Shown piece after piece: positions 1-8,631 of a DNA stretch of 64,000 nt (the stretch's first letter is position 1; every line of letters begins with the position of its first letter). A model generated the notes under the pieces. It saw nothing but the letters and a program-made list of their open reading frames with translations, was not told where the DNA came from and did no database searches. The stretch comes from Bacteroidales bacterium (GTDB lineage Bacteria; Bacteroidota; Bacteroidia; Bacteroidales; UBA10428): assembly GCA_035913795.1 (NCBI GenBank), contig JAMIIA010000188.1, positions 6,042 through 70,041 on the forward strand, given 5' to 3'. A program made the position numbers and the translations under genes.

Positions 1-30
1 AAATGCTGATCAACCCCTAAAATCATTTGT

Positions 31-2325
31 ATGAATTCTGAAATTATATGGAATCTTTTGCAAAAGCGCTTTCTTTTGTTAGTAGGGATACTCATGCTAA
101 GCCTTAGTTTGCAGGCCCAGTTACCAGAGCCTAAACGCGAGCGCAGGCTAACCAAACAGGGCGATGAGCTATTTCAGCAAAAAAAATATACCAAGGCCAT
201 TGAAAAATACAAAGAGGTGCTTAGCCGCTACGATGGAAATCCCGATGTATGGTTTAACCTGGCGGTTTCTTACCAGGAAGTTGGAAACCCCGATTTGGCG
301 CAGCTCTATTATACCAAAATATTAAAAACCAACGAACAGTCTAACCCCATTGTGCATTTAGCGCTTGGTAAGGTATTGATGATGCAGGGTAAATACGACG
401 AAGCCCGTGCCCAGTTTATTGCCTACAACGAGATACTCGAATACAACGATCAGATGGCCATGCGCTATATATCGAGCATAGAGAACATAGATCGCTACTT
501 TGCCGACTCTACCTTTTTTAATAAAGAATCGCTTGCCATTAACTCACCAGCTGCTGACTTTGGTGCTTCTACTGCCGACAAGTCGTTCTATTTTTTATCC
601 ACACGCGATCGCAAGAGTGATTTATCTGACCTTTATACCTCCGATTTGTTTACGGCCCCGCTTAAAGATATTGAAAGTACTAACCCTGCCACTCTGCCCC
701 AAAAGGTAAAAGGACCTACCAACACCCGCTTTGGTGAGGTAGGCTATGCTATTGTACCCAGCACAAACGAAATTTTTATCTGTCGCTTCCACCCAAACGA
801 ACAAGATCAATATTCTTTAGGCTATAGTCTCTACAAAGCCTACATGGGCTATAACAAAGACATAACCAAGCCCGAAAAAATTGTAGTGGACAAGTTTAAA
901 TTTGCCATTGCTTACCCTACACTTAGCGAAAATGGCAAGAAAATAGTATTCTCGTCCGATGCACCTGGCGGCTTTGGCGGCTGGGATCTTTACCAGGCCG
1001 ATTTCACTCCGCTTGGATTCGAAAATATCCAAAATTTGGGCGAGAACGTGAATTCTGCTGGCGACGAACTTTATGCTTTTCTATTAAACGACAGCATACT
1101 ATTCTTTGCAACCGACGGACATGGCGGCTTAGGTGGTTTCGATATCTATTCGAAAAACCTTGGAAACAGCGAATTTGCACGTAACCTTGGTTATCCTGTT
1201 AACTCGTCGGCGAACGATTATGCCATTTATTTCGAATCTGGACTGAGCGGTTATTTTACCTCCAACCGCGAGGGAGGAAAGGGCAGCGACGATATTTATA
1301 AATTTAATATCCACCAGCTTAAACTTTCGAGCGAGATTGTAGATAAAAGCAATGGCGATAACCTCAAGAATGTAAATATATCGGTTACACGAAGCAAAGG
1401 AAACGACGAGGTCCTGGCCCTTGCCGATAACGGTAAGCTTGTGTTGGTTGCTCAGCCCAACGAAGTGCTTAAGATAACCGTCGAAAAGGAAGGATATGAG
1501 ACAAAGACCTTTGAAGTAAATACTGCAGGCATGTCGTTTATTGGTAACCACTCGCTGGAGTTAGGCAAATTTGAAGTATTGAAAATCGAAAAAGAAGATC
1601 CCAATGCCTATACCCTCGAACCAGAGCTAACAGTGCAGGCCGAGGTGAAAGAAGAAATATTTTTTGCTACCGAAATAAAATATAGCCGCACACGTTTGAG
1701 CAAGGCTGAACTTAAAAATATATATTCAGGAAACCTTGAAATCACAGAGATGCGTGACGATAAGTATTATCGCTATATTGTCGGTCGCTACGATTCCTAT
1801 TTCGAAGCCAAAGAAGTATTTCAATCAGAAAAAATCGAAGATCCGGTTCTTGTGTCCTACATCAATGGCGTTCCGGCCAAGGTGATGAAAGCCCTGAAAG
1901 ACGCTCATGTGACCCCAGCAGAGGCCAAAGACCCTCTTGTACATGCCTTTATAGACCGCACCAACCAATTGTATTCCACACTTGTGTTTTACGATCTTGA
2001 TAAGTTCAGGGTACCCCGCGATGTGGAGATTAAACTACAAGCAGTAGTCGATACACTAAAAGCCAATCCGGCTTATTTCCTCGAAATAGCCACACATACC
2101 GATAAGCGTGGTTCAGACTTGTATAACCGTGCATTGTCCGAAGAACGGGCTCGCTTTTTACGCGAATACTTCTTAAGCAAGGGAATAGACGAGCTGCGGA
2201 TAATTTCACACGGTATTGGCGAAAGTCAGCAGAAAAAATACTGCACAGAATGCACCGAAGAAGACCATGCGATGAACCGAAGGGGCGAATTAATAATTCG
2301 TATCGATAAGAACGTTAGCAAATAA
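31..2325 (+). CDS. OmpA-family envelope protein with N-terminal TPR repeats and PD40/TolB-like beta-propeller repeats
   Basis: 764 aa ORF with a signal-like N-terminus (LLLVGILMLSLSLQAQ). TPR-like helices (YTKAIEKYKEVL, AQLYYTKIL). Repeated GGxGGxDIY / SDDIYK motifs typical of PD40 repeats. C-terminal OmpA-like motif THTDKRGSDLYNRALSEERARFLREYFLSKGI...NRRGELII. Confidence 0.8.
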   Translation: MNSEIIWNLLQKRFLLLVGILMLSLSLQAQLPEPKRERRLTKQGDELFQQKKYTKAIEKYKEVLSRYDGNPDVWFNLAVSYQEVGNPDLAQLYYTKILKTNEQSNPIVHLALGKVLMMQGKYDEARAQFIAYNEILEYNDQMAMRYISSIENIDRYFADSTFFNKESLAINSPAADFGASTADKSFYFLSTRDRKSDLSDLYTSDLFTAPLKDIESTNPATLPQKVKGPTNTRFGEVGYAIVPSTNEIFICRFHPNEQDQYSLGYSLYKAYMGYNKDITKPEKIVVDKFKFAIAYPTLSENGKKIVFSSDAPGGFGGWDLYQADFTPLGFENIQNLGENVNSAGDELYAFLLNDSILFFATDGHGGLGGFDIYSKNLGNSEFARNLGYPVNSSANDYAIYFESGLSGYFTSNREGGKGSDDIYKFNIHQLKLSSEIVDKSNGDNLKNVNISVTRSKGNDEVLALADNGKLVLVAQPNEVLKITVEKEGYETKTFEVNTAGMSFIGNHSLELGKFEVLKIEKEDPNAYTLEPELTVQAEVKEEIFFATEIKYSRTRLSKAELKNIYSGNLEITEMRDDKYYRYIVGRYDSYFEAKEVFQSEKIEDPVLVSYINGVPAKVMKALKDAHVTPAEAKDPLVHAFIDRTNQLYSTLVFYDLDKFRVPRDVEIKLQAVVDTLKANPAYFLEIATHTDKRGSDLYNRALSEERARFLREYFLSKGIDELRIISHGIGESQQKKYCTECTEEDHAMNRRGELIIRIDKNVSK

Positions 2326-2415
2326 TAGCAGTGGAATGTAAAGTTATTGTTAATAACTTTTTAAACTAACTGAAAATATTTATTGACGAACGCTTGCTTT
2401 TCATTGACGAATGAA

Positions 2416-2423
2416 TAAATTTG
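2416..2423 (+). promoter_or_regulatory. Candidate Bacteroidota -7 promoter box (TAnnTTTG) upstream of a small ORF
   Basis: TAAATTTG is an exact match to the TAnnTTTG consensus. It lies 17 nt upstream of the ATG at 2440 and is bracketed by TGACGAA repeats. Confidence 0.35.
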
Positions 2424-2439
2424 TACAAAACAATTCGTC

Positions 2440-2535
2440 ATGGGCACAATATTAATCATTCATCTTGTTTCAGCCATAATATTAGGTGTGTTTGTTTTCA
2501 GAGCACCAGAGGTTTCAAATGAAATAGCTGAATAA
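2440..2535 (+). CDS. Candidate 31-aa small membrane protein (below the ORF-track cutoff)
   Basis: ATG...TAA translates to MGTILIIHLVSAIILGVFVFRAPEVSNEIAE, one hydrophobic helix plus an acidic tail. A TAnnTTTG box precedes it and a strong intrinsic terminator follows within 25 nt. No homology was assessed. Confidence 0.3.
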   Translation: MGTILIIHLVSAIILGVFVFRAPEVSNEIAE

Positions 2536-2557
2536 GCAAAATTCGATAATATTCGAG

Positions 2558-2596
2558 AAATCAGGATCCCGCTGAAGGGTTCCTGATTTTTTTTTA
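2558..2596 (+). terminator. Rho-independent terminator
   Basis: aaatcaggatccc / gggttcctgattt stem (one mismatch), loop gctgaa, followed by a T9 run. Confidence 0.7.
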
Positions 2597-2646
2597 GGTC
2601 AATTAGCAAGATTGCTTATTTTTGTAAGCAAACCACATGATTAAAA

Positions 2647-3642
2647 ATGATTCGACTGTATTGCTCTATCCTTTTCTTTATTGGTATTTCGGGAAGTATG
2701 CTCATTAGTGCCCAGCCTCTTACAGTGGCTGATTTTCAGAAAGGTGTAGCCCTTAAGTTTTCCATTATCGACGAAAAACGTATTGAAAAAGCAGTAAGCA
2801 TTATCAACGATGCCCGCGAAAAGGAAAGCGCTGCCCTTACTTATATTGAATCCATTGCCGAGAATGAAAAGTTAAATGCTACTTCGCCAGAGTATAAAAA
2901 AGCCGTAAAGATGTTGCTTGCAACTTCAGAAACCTACCGCGAAGGATTTATGCTTTTTTATACCGTTTATCAGGAGAAAGCCATCGGTTTTAACGAAACC
3001 CAAAAAAAGCTGAACCATTATGCCACAGGCGTAAACAAAGCCCGTTATTACGAGAGTAAATCGCGCAAAGCCTATGAAAGGGCTATGTCTATCCGCGACT
3101 TATTAATTCAGCTCGAGAAATACGACCTCATTCAATACAAAATGACCGAATCCTTTGAGCTGGAAAAAACCGCTATTCGCGATAGGGGTAGGGCTTTACA
3201 GATTTACCAGGATTTTCCGGTCGAATACGATTACGGTTGGGAAGATGATGTGACTCCAGAACAGGTGAATGCCGCCTTTGGTGATCCTACTATCAACAGG
3301 CCACCAGACGATTTATTCGTTCAGCTTCCGGTTGATACCAGTTCTGCCGACAAAAGCAAGCCAGCAATGGACCCTATTGTTTTCTATGTGCAAATAGCGG
3401 CGCATACCGAACCCATGTCGAAGGAATACATTCACGAACATATTTATGCCGGTAACTACGAAATTCGTGAAATTGTGGAGGATAACTGGTATAAGTACTC
3501 CATCGGGACTTTTAATAATTTCAATGATGCCAAGGCCTTGTTAAGTTCAAGCCGTGTGCAGAAAGCCTTCATTGTAGCATATCAGAATGGCAAAAAACTA
3601 ACCATTCACGATGCACTCAACCAAATTCGCAAAAATCAGTAG
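2647..3642 (+). CDS. Secreted hypothetical protein with a C-terminal SPOR-like domain
   Basis: 331 aa with a signal peptide (LFFIGISGSMLISAQP) and a helical middle region. The C-terminus FYVQIAAH...NWYKYSIGTFNNFNDAKALL...AFIVAYQNG resembles the SPOR peptidoglycan-binding fold pattern. Confidence 0.6.
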   Translation: MIRLYCSILFFIGISGSMLISAQPLTVADFQKGVALKFSIIDEKRIEKAVSIINDAREKESAALTYIESIAENEKLNATSPEYKKAVKMLLATSETYREGFMLFYTVYQEKAIGFNETQKKLNHYATGVNKARYYESKSRKAYERAMSIRDLLIQLEKYDLIQYKMTESFELEKTAIRDRGRALQIYQDFPVEYDYGWEDDVTPEQVNAAFGDPTINRPPDDLFVQLPVDTSSADKSKPAMDPIVFYVQIAAHTEPMSKEYIHEHIYAGNYEIREIVEDNWYKYSIGTFNNFNDAKALLSSSRVQKAFIVAYQNGKKLTIHDALNQIRKNQ

Positions 3643-4307
3643 AAAAGAACCCGGTATATTATATTGCTGAGAAACAAAGAATTGGTCGACTGACAGATCA
3701 CTTTTACCGACATCCACCGGCCAATACCTTTATTTTCCACCAATTCTTTCATTTTCTGGGTTATGGCACCATTGGTATTCGACTCGCCTATGTAATAACC
3801 TCCATAATTGTAGCCTATTGTAATCTCGCTTATATGAAGCCATTTATCGGAGCCAATCAGGTCGTTGGAATAGACCATATAAAGGGTATCGGCATTGATA
3901 AAAGCCTTATGATCGATAAGAATGCTGTCTGAAACAAAAATTTCGCCAAAAGCCAATTGAGGTGCAGGCAAGGTATTCACTTTAAAGCTTTTATAACCAA
4001 TGGTATCCATACTATTGTCCATAAAGCCAAAAACTTCGATACGTAAACTTCCCGGTCGGCGTGGAATCACTACATAGCAGGAATCAAAGAATAGCTGTCC
4101 ATTGTTACACTGAAGCGAAATGCTGTCATAACCAATCATTTCATCCGGATTAAAAGCGAGGTAATTGTCTATACCGGTGTATAATGTATTCGATTTCGAG
4201 CTGGTAGAATAGATAATTTCGTCACTCAGATCAAGTCCAAACCTCGATTGTGCAGATAAAGCCGGAAGAAAAATAACAAATATCAGTAAGGGAAACAGGG
4301 GTCTCAT
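3636..4307 (-). CDS. Secreted GldM C-terminal-domain-like protein
   Basis: 223 aa with a signal peptide (LLIFVIFLPALSAQ). NTLYTGIDNYLAF and FKVNTLPAPQ match the N(V)LYxGVDN and FRVKxIPxP motifs of GldM_C. The function call is tentative. Confidence 0.5.
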   Translation of the reverse strand: MRPLFPLLIFVIFLPALSAQSRFGLDLSDEIIYSTSSKSNTLYTGIDNYLAFNPDEMIGYDSISLQCNNGQLFFDSCYVVIPRRPGSLRIEVFGFMDNSMDTIGYKSFKVNTLPAPQLAFGEIFVSDSILIDHKAFINADTLYMVYSNDLIGSDKWLHISEITIGYNYGGYYIGESNTNGAITQKMKELVENKGIGRWMSVKVICQSTNSLFLSNIIYRVLFY

Positions 4308-4344
4308 ATCGTCCTTCTTTATTGGTCAAATCAATATACAGTAG

Positions 4345-5367
4345 CTATTGATTTTGAGTAATTTTTCCGGTAGAAAGCATGCCACAAGCAGCCATAATGT
4401 CTTCGCCACGCGAAGTGCGAATAGTGGCAATGATTCCTTTGTTGTTCAATTGGTCGCGGAAATTGGTGAGCGATTGCTGACTGGCTCCCTCCAGCCCCGA
4501 ACCGGGAATAGTATGATATTGCATTACATTAACCCTGCAACGCATTCCGTTTAAAAGTTTGGCCATCTGGTTTATATGGGCTTGTGTGTCGTTAATACCC
4601 TTAAAGAGAATGTATTCGAACGAAATACGCCTTTGACGTTCGAAATTGGCCTGGCGAATAAGGTCTACTACCTCATCAATCGGATATAACCTTTGCACGG
4701 GCATTAGTTTCTTGCGTTCCTGATCGAAAGGACTGTGCATACTTACCGCCAGGTGGCATCTCGACTCGGCGATAAACCTTTTCATTCCCGGAATCAAGCC
4801 AATGGTTGATACATTAATTCGACGCGGGCTCATTCCAAGGCCATAATCGGCGGTGAGTAGTTCGAGGGTTTTAAGCACCTCATCGGTATTATCAAATGGC
4901 TCGCCCATGCCCATAAATACCATATTGGTTACCTTTTCGCGCTCGGGCAAACTTAATAATTGGTTCAAAATATCACTTGCGGTGAGTTGTCCTTGCAAAC
5001 CCTGGCGGGCAGTCATGCAAAACCGACATCCCATTTTGCAGCCTACCTGCGAGGATACACAGAGCGTATGGCGATTTTCTTCCGGGATATAGGCTGTTTC
5101 GATGTATTTGCCACTGAGGGCATGAAAAAGATACTTTTTTGTCCCGTCGGTCGATTCCATCACTTCATCAGGCGCAGCAAGCTGAATGGAATAGTGCTGT
5201 TTGAGCATATCGCGTCCCTTGGCTGGCAGGTTACTCATTTCGTCGAAGCTTCTGGCGCCGCGTTGGTAAATCCATTTGCCTACCTCTTTGGCAAGGTACT
5301 CGGGCATTTCGAAAGATTTGACAATTGACTTTAAGTCGGGCAGGGTTAAACCCACAATATTTTTCAT
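4345..5367 (-). CDS. rlmN: 23S rRNA (adenine2503-C2)-methyltransferase, radical SAM
   Basis: Radical-SAM CxxxCxxC motif (GCKMGCRFCMT), GMGEP, and C-terminal ACGML. Start moved to the internal MKNIVGLTL (cat at 5365-5367); the 24 extra codons in the ORF track look non-native. Confidence 0.93.
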   Translation of the reverse strand: MKNIVGLTLPDLKSIVKSFEMPEYLAKEVGKWIYQRGARSFDEMSNLPAKGRDMLKQHYSIQLAAPDEVMESTDGTKKYLFHALSGKYIETAYIPEENRHTLCVSSQVGCKMGCRFCMTARQGLQGQLTASDILNQLLSLPEREKVTNMVFMGMGEPFDNTDEVLKTLELLTADYGLGMSPRRINVSTIGLIPGMKRFIAESRCHLAVSMHSPFDQERKKLMPVQRLYPIDEVVDLIRQANFERQRRISFEYILFKGINDTQAHINQMAKLLNGMRCRVNVMQYHTIPGSGLEGASQQSLTNFRDQLNNKGIIATIRTSRGEDIMAACGMLSTGKITQNQ

Positions 5368-5560
5368 AGCGAAGCGAAAAAATGATTGGCAAAGATAGAA
5401 TAAATAATCGTCTTGCCAGATATGATGGCTTACACACAAACAAGAGTCAATTTCGGATAAATTCTAAATTCAAGGGATTGGTAAAATTGTCCTGCACGAA
5501 AAGAGCTGAATGGACAAGGGCAAAGTTCGCCAATTTAACAATTAGCCCAAATTTCTTAGT

Positions 5561-5592
5561 AAAAAAAAAGGCCACCCGGTGTGGGGCGGCCT
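5561..5592 (-). terminator. Probable intrinsic terminator of the repeat-protein gene
   Basis: On the plus strand an A9 run is followed by the imperfect GC-rich hairpin ggccaccc-ggtgt-ggggcggcc. Read on the minus strand this is a hairpin plus T-run just downstream of the stop at 5614. Confidence 0.5.
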
Positions 5593-5613
5593 GCCTTCTT
5601 CTTGCGCGAAGGG

Positions 5614-6390
5614 TTAGTACACGCTAATCTGAGAATTGCGCTTAACCAATATTTCGGGATTACCTTCGTAAGCAGTAATCAATCCTGTGATGGTAATACT
5701 CTGGTTCATAAAATACCTGGCAGGTCTGTTGCTATAGTTACGGGCAATGTGTCCGGGAACAATTACAGTCAGGTGCTGGTATGGAAAGTATGGGCCAAAG
5801 TAGAGAAAGAACTCATCGGTTTCGGGTGCATAGAATACATCAGATACTTGTCCGTAAACTTTGCGCACATCACCAATGTAATACTCGGCATTGTAAGCGG
5901 GTACCGAAGCAATGCGGTAGCCATAAGAATAATTCCAGTAACGGTGCGAAGGATACATTTCAACATAATACCTGTGCAAATCGGCTGTCCAGATAATTTC
6001 TACATGGCTGGGCGCACGGTAGGTATAGTACACATCGCGGTAAACAGTAGTGGTATGTTTATGGCTTGCAGCAGGAGCCGGACGTCTGTAAGCTGAATGA
6101 TTCACGCTTTCGTATCTTCCATTGTGGTTTTCTCTCTGGTAGGTTCCAGTGTTAACCTCTCTTGAAGTACTGGTATTGCGTGCAGTAGTGGTCACTTCTC
6201 TTGAAGCACTTGAATTACGTGTATCAGTATTTACTTCTCGAGTAGTGTTGGTATTGCGTGTAACAGTAGTGGGCGCATTCGAGTTGCGATTGGCTGTTTC
6301 GGTGTTTGCACTGGTAGTCCTCCTTGAAGACTGATTGTATGCTGTTGCAGCTGTGATCAGCATTACCAATACGAGTATCGATTTTTTCAT
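5614..6390 (-). CDS. Secreted repeat protein (Thr/Ser/Arg/Asn-rich 13-aa repeats) with an OB-fold-like C-terminal domain
   Basis: 258 aa with signal peptide MKKSILVLVMLITAATAYNQ. Three tandem 13-aa repeats. A Tyr-rich middle region. The C-terminus VYGQVSDVFY...FFLYFGPYFPYQHLTVIVPG...ITITGLITAYEGNPEILVKRNSQI follows the pattern of secreted OB-fold domains (xFLNFGxxYPxQxFTxVI...VTGxIxxYxGKPEI). Confidence 0.7.
   Translation of the reverse strand: MKKSILVLVMLITAATAYNQSSRRTTSANTETANRNSNAPTTVTRNTNTTREVNTDTRNSSASREVTTTARNTSTSREVNTGTYQRENHNGRYESVNHSAYRRPAPAASHKHTTTVYRDVYYTYRAPSHVEIIWTADLHRYYVEMYPSHRYWNYSYGYRIASVPAYNAEYYIGDVRKVYGQVSDVFYAPETDEFFLYFGPYFPYQHLTVIVPGHIARNYSNRPARYFMNQSITITGLITAYEGNPEILVKRNSQISVY
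6151..6267 (-). repeat. Three tandem 39-nt (13-codon) in-frame repeats
   Basis: The repeat peptides are TVTRNTNTTREVN / TDTRNSSASREVT / TTARNTSTSREVN. The corresponding DNA units are visibly related (…ctcttgaagyacttg…attrcgtg…). Confidence 0.8.
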
Positions 6391-6546
6391 GATCTGAAAT
6401 TATTGGTTTCGATTATTAATTTTGCAAAGAGCATGCCAAAAATGTAAACGTCAGAAAAACAAGAACATACAATATATTTTATACCTATGATTTTTATCAT
6501 GATCATTAGGTTTATTGTATTATTTTTACATCCTAATATTTTCACA

Positions 6547-7464
6547 ATGCCATTAAATATTCCCGATAAACTTCCTTCTGTTGAAATTCTCGAACAGGAG
6601 AATATATTTGTGATGAAAGAAACGCAGGCCATTCATCAAGATATCAGACCACTAAAATTGGTGTTACTTAATTTAATGCCTCTAAAGATTAAAACAGAGA
6701 CGCATATCTTGCGCTTGCTTTCCAACACCCCTTTACAGGTTGAAATAGTATTGTTGCACACCCGCGAGCATATTTCGAAAAATACACCCATTGAGCACCT
6801 GAAGGCCTTTTACAAAAATTTCGACGAGATTAAAGATCAAAAGTATGATGGTTTAATAGTTACAGGGGCTCCCGTGGAGCAACTCGATTTTGAACAGGTC
6901 GATTATTGGGATGAAATAAAGCGCGTAATGGACTGGTCCTTAAGTCATGTCACTTCTTCGCTTTTTATATGCTGGGGTGCCCAGGCAGGCTTGTACCATT
7001 TTTATAAGGTTCCTAAATACCCACTTACAGAAAAATTGTTTGGTGTATTCGACCATACAGTGCACAACCGCCATATACCGCTTATAAGAGGGTTCGACGA
7101 GGTTTTTCAAGCCCCCCATTCGCGTCATACCGAAATAAAACGTCGCGATATTTTACCCATCGAAAATCTCGAAATAATTTCTGAGTCGCCTAAAGCAGGC
7201 GTTTATATTGTAATGGAGAAAACTGGTCGCCAGATTTTTGTAACCGGACATTCAGAATACGATCCGAGTACCCTGTTTGAAGAATATCAGCGCGATGTGG
7301 AGCGAGGATTGGACATAAAGGTGCCCGAAAACTACTTTCCGGACAACGATCCTACACAACCACCAAGAGTAAGGTGGCGCAGCCATGCCAATCTGCTGTT
7401 TTCGAACTGGTTGAATTACTATGTGTATCAGGCAACTCCCTACAATATCAACGAAATTGGATAG
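6547..7464 (+). CDS. metA: Homoserine O-acyl(acetyl/succinyl)transferase, MetA family
   Basis: The canonical MetA N-terminus [23 protein letters not shown] begins at the ATG at 6547. Family-typical motifs are LNLMP, GAPVE, ICWGAQA and HSRH. Confidence 0.9.
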   Translation: MPLNIPDKLPSVEILEQENIFVMKETQAIHQDIRPLKLVLLNLMPLKIKTETHILRLLSNTPLQVEIVLLHTREHISKNTPIEHLKAFYKNFDEIKDQKYDGLIVTGAPVEQLDFEQVDYWDEIKRVMDWSLSHVTSSLFICWGAQAGLYHFYKVPKYPLTEKLFGVFDHTVHNRHIPLIRGFDEVFQAPHSRHTEIKRRDILPIENLEIISESPKAGVYIVMEKTGRQIFVTGHSEYDPSTLFEEYQRDVERGLDIKVPENYFPDNDPTQPPRVRWRSHANLLFSNWLNYYVYQATPYNINEIG

Positions 7465-7761
7465 CAGTCTTCTTCAAAGTTGCGTACATTCATCAGGCAT
7501 AAGTAGTCATTCGTAAAAGCTTCGTTTTCGAAAAAAGAAAAAGTATTATTTTTTATTGTATGATTATTCCGCCCCAAAACCCTGCATCTGAAGTACTTTT
7601 TCATTCTTAAATGATTTCTTCTACTCACTTTTTATCTATATATTCGAAGAAGAATACAGGACAATTCAAAAAATATCAGAACCTTTTAAAAATACCGGCG
7701 TATATTGAAACATTGCGATTAAAAGGAATGTAGGTATTTTAAAGGGAATAAAAGTTTTTAA

Positions 7762-8202
7762 ATGACTGAAAAGATTTTTGAAGGTATATCGTCGAAAACT
7801 ATCGAGAGGAGTACAAAATTGGAAGAAACAATCGACTGGAGCACCAAAACGATTTTAATTGCGGAAGATGAAGATGTGAATTTCCTTTACCTACAATCTG
7901 CATTATCAAAGACCAAGGTGAATATTCTACGGGCTCACAATGGCGAGGAAGCATTGGAAATGGCACGTATCTATCCGAATATCGATTTAATTCTAATGGA
8001 CATTAAAATGCCAAAGATGAATGGAATCGAAGCCACCAGGGCTGTAAAATCGTTTCGTAAAGATGTGATTGTGGTGGCCCAAACAGCTTTTGCCATGGAA
8101 GAAGACAAACAGAATTGCTTTTCGGTAGGAGTAGATGATTTCCTGGCTAAACCGGTTCGATATAAACTTTTGTTTGATACTTTAGCGAAATATTTATCGT
8201 AG
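7762..8202 (+). CDS. Stand-alone response-regulator receiver (REC) protein
   Basis: ILIAEDEDVN acidic pocket, phospho-acceptor context LILMDIKMPKMNG, and FLAKP. No output domain is present. Confidence 0.85.
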   Translation: MTEKIFEGISSKTIERSTKLEETIDWSTKTILIAEDEDVNFLYLQSALSKTKVNILRAHNGEEALEMARIYPNIDLILMDIKMPKMNGIEATRAVKSFRKDVIVVAQTAFAMEEDKQNCFSVGVDDFLAKPVRYKLLFDTLAKYLS

Positions 8203-8223
8203 AGATTTAATTTTTTCCTGATT

Positions 8224-8619
8224 ATGGCAGAAGCTCAGCTTACCTTGGCTACACCAGCCCTTCTTTTTTCTGCTATTTCTCTTTTGCTTCTTGCTTATAC
8301 CAATAGGTTTTTGGCCCTGGCCAGCCTCGTTAGGAGCCTTTATGCCCAGTACCAGGCAAATCCCAACTCAATTATCTTCGGGCAGATTAAGAACCTGAAA
8401 AAAAGGTTGAATCTGATCCGCAACATGCAATTTTACGGCATTACAAGCCTTTTGCTGTGTGTGGTGTGCATGTTTATGATTTATGTGCAATGGCAGGCAG
8501 TAGCAGAAGTGGTTTTTGCCATTGCCTTGGTGCTGCTGATTTTTTCCCTTGCTTTATCGGTGCGCGAAATACAAATTTCGGTAAAGGCACTCAATATCCA
8601 GCTTCAGGATTTGGAATAG
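8224..8619 (+). CDS. DUF2721 membrane protein
   Basis: 131 aa. The N-terminus LTLATPALLFSAISLLLLAYTNRFLALASLVRSL and C-terminal LSVREIQISVKALN match what I recall of DUF2721. It lies 21 nt after the REC gene, so it is probably co-transcribed. Confidence 0.65.
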   Translation: MAEAQLTLATPALLFSAISLLLLAYTNRFLALASLVRSLYAQYQANPNSIIFGQIKNLKKRLNLIRNMQFYGITSLLLCVVCMFMIYVQWQAVAEVVFAIALVLLIFSLALSVREIQISVKALNIQLQDLE

Positions 8620-8631
8620 ACTTTTTCCTCT

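Noticed and set aside
2341-2359. AT-only palindrome aagttatt-gtt-aataactt just after the OmpA-family gene
   Set aside because: It could act as a weak terminator, but an 8-bp all-A/T stem is too unstable to call.
5368-5439. N-terminal extensions in the ORF track for rlmN, and similarly metA 6487-6546, TBDR 11065-11130, hemH 25477-25623, TBDR 14460-14480 and DUF4097 22803-22853
   Set aside because: In each case an internal ATG yields the canonical family N-terminus or a proper signal peptide. The extensions overlap upstream genes or read as non-native sequence.
5581-6096. 171-aa plus-strand ORF overlapping the repeat-protein gene
   Set aside because: The minus-strand ORF has a signal peptide, in-frame repeats and a downstream terminator. 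The plus-strand product has no signal or motif and starts inside that terminator hairpin.
6391-6546. Possible SAM riboswitch upstream of metA, and possible TPP element upstream of yjbQ (11779-11912)
   Set aside because: I could not find the conserved cores of SAM-I/SAM-II or the TPP (CUGAGA) motif in these short AT-rich leaders.
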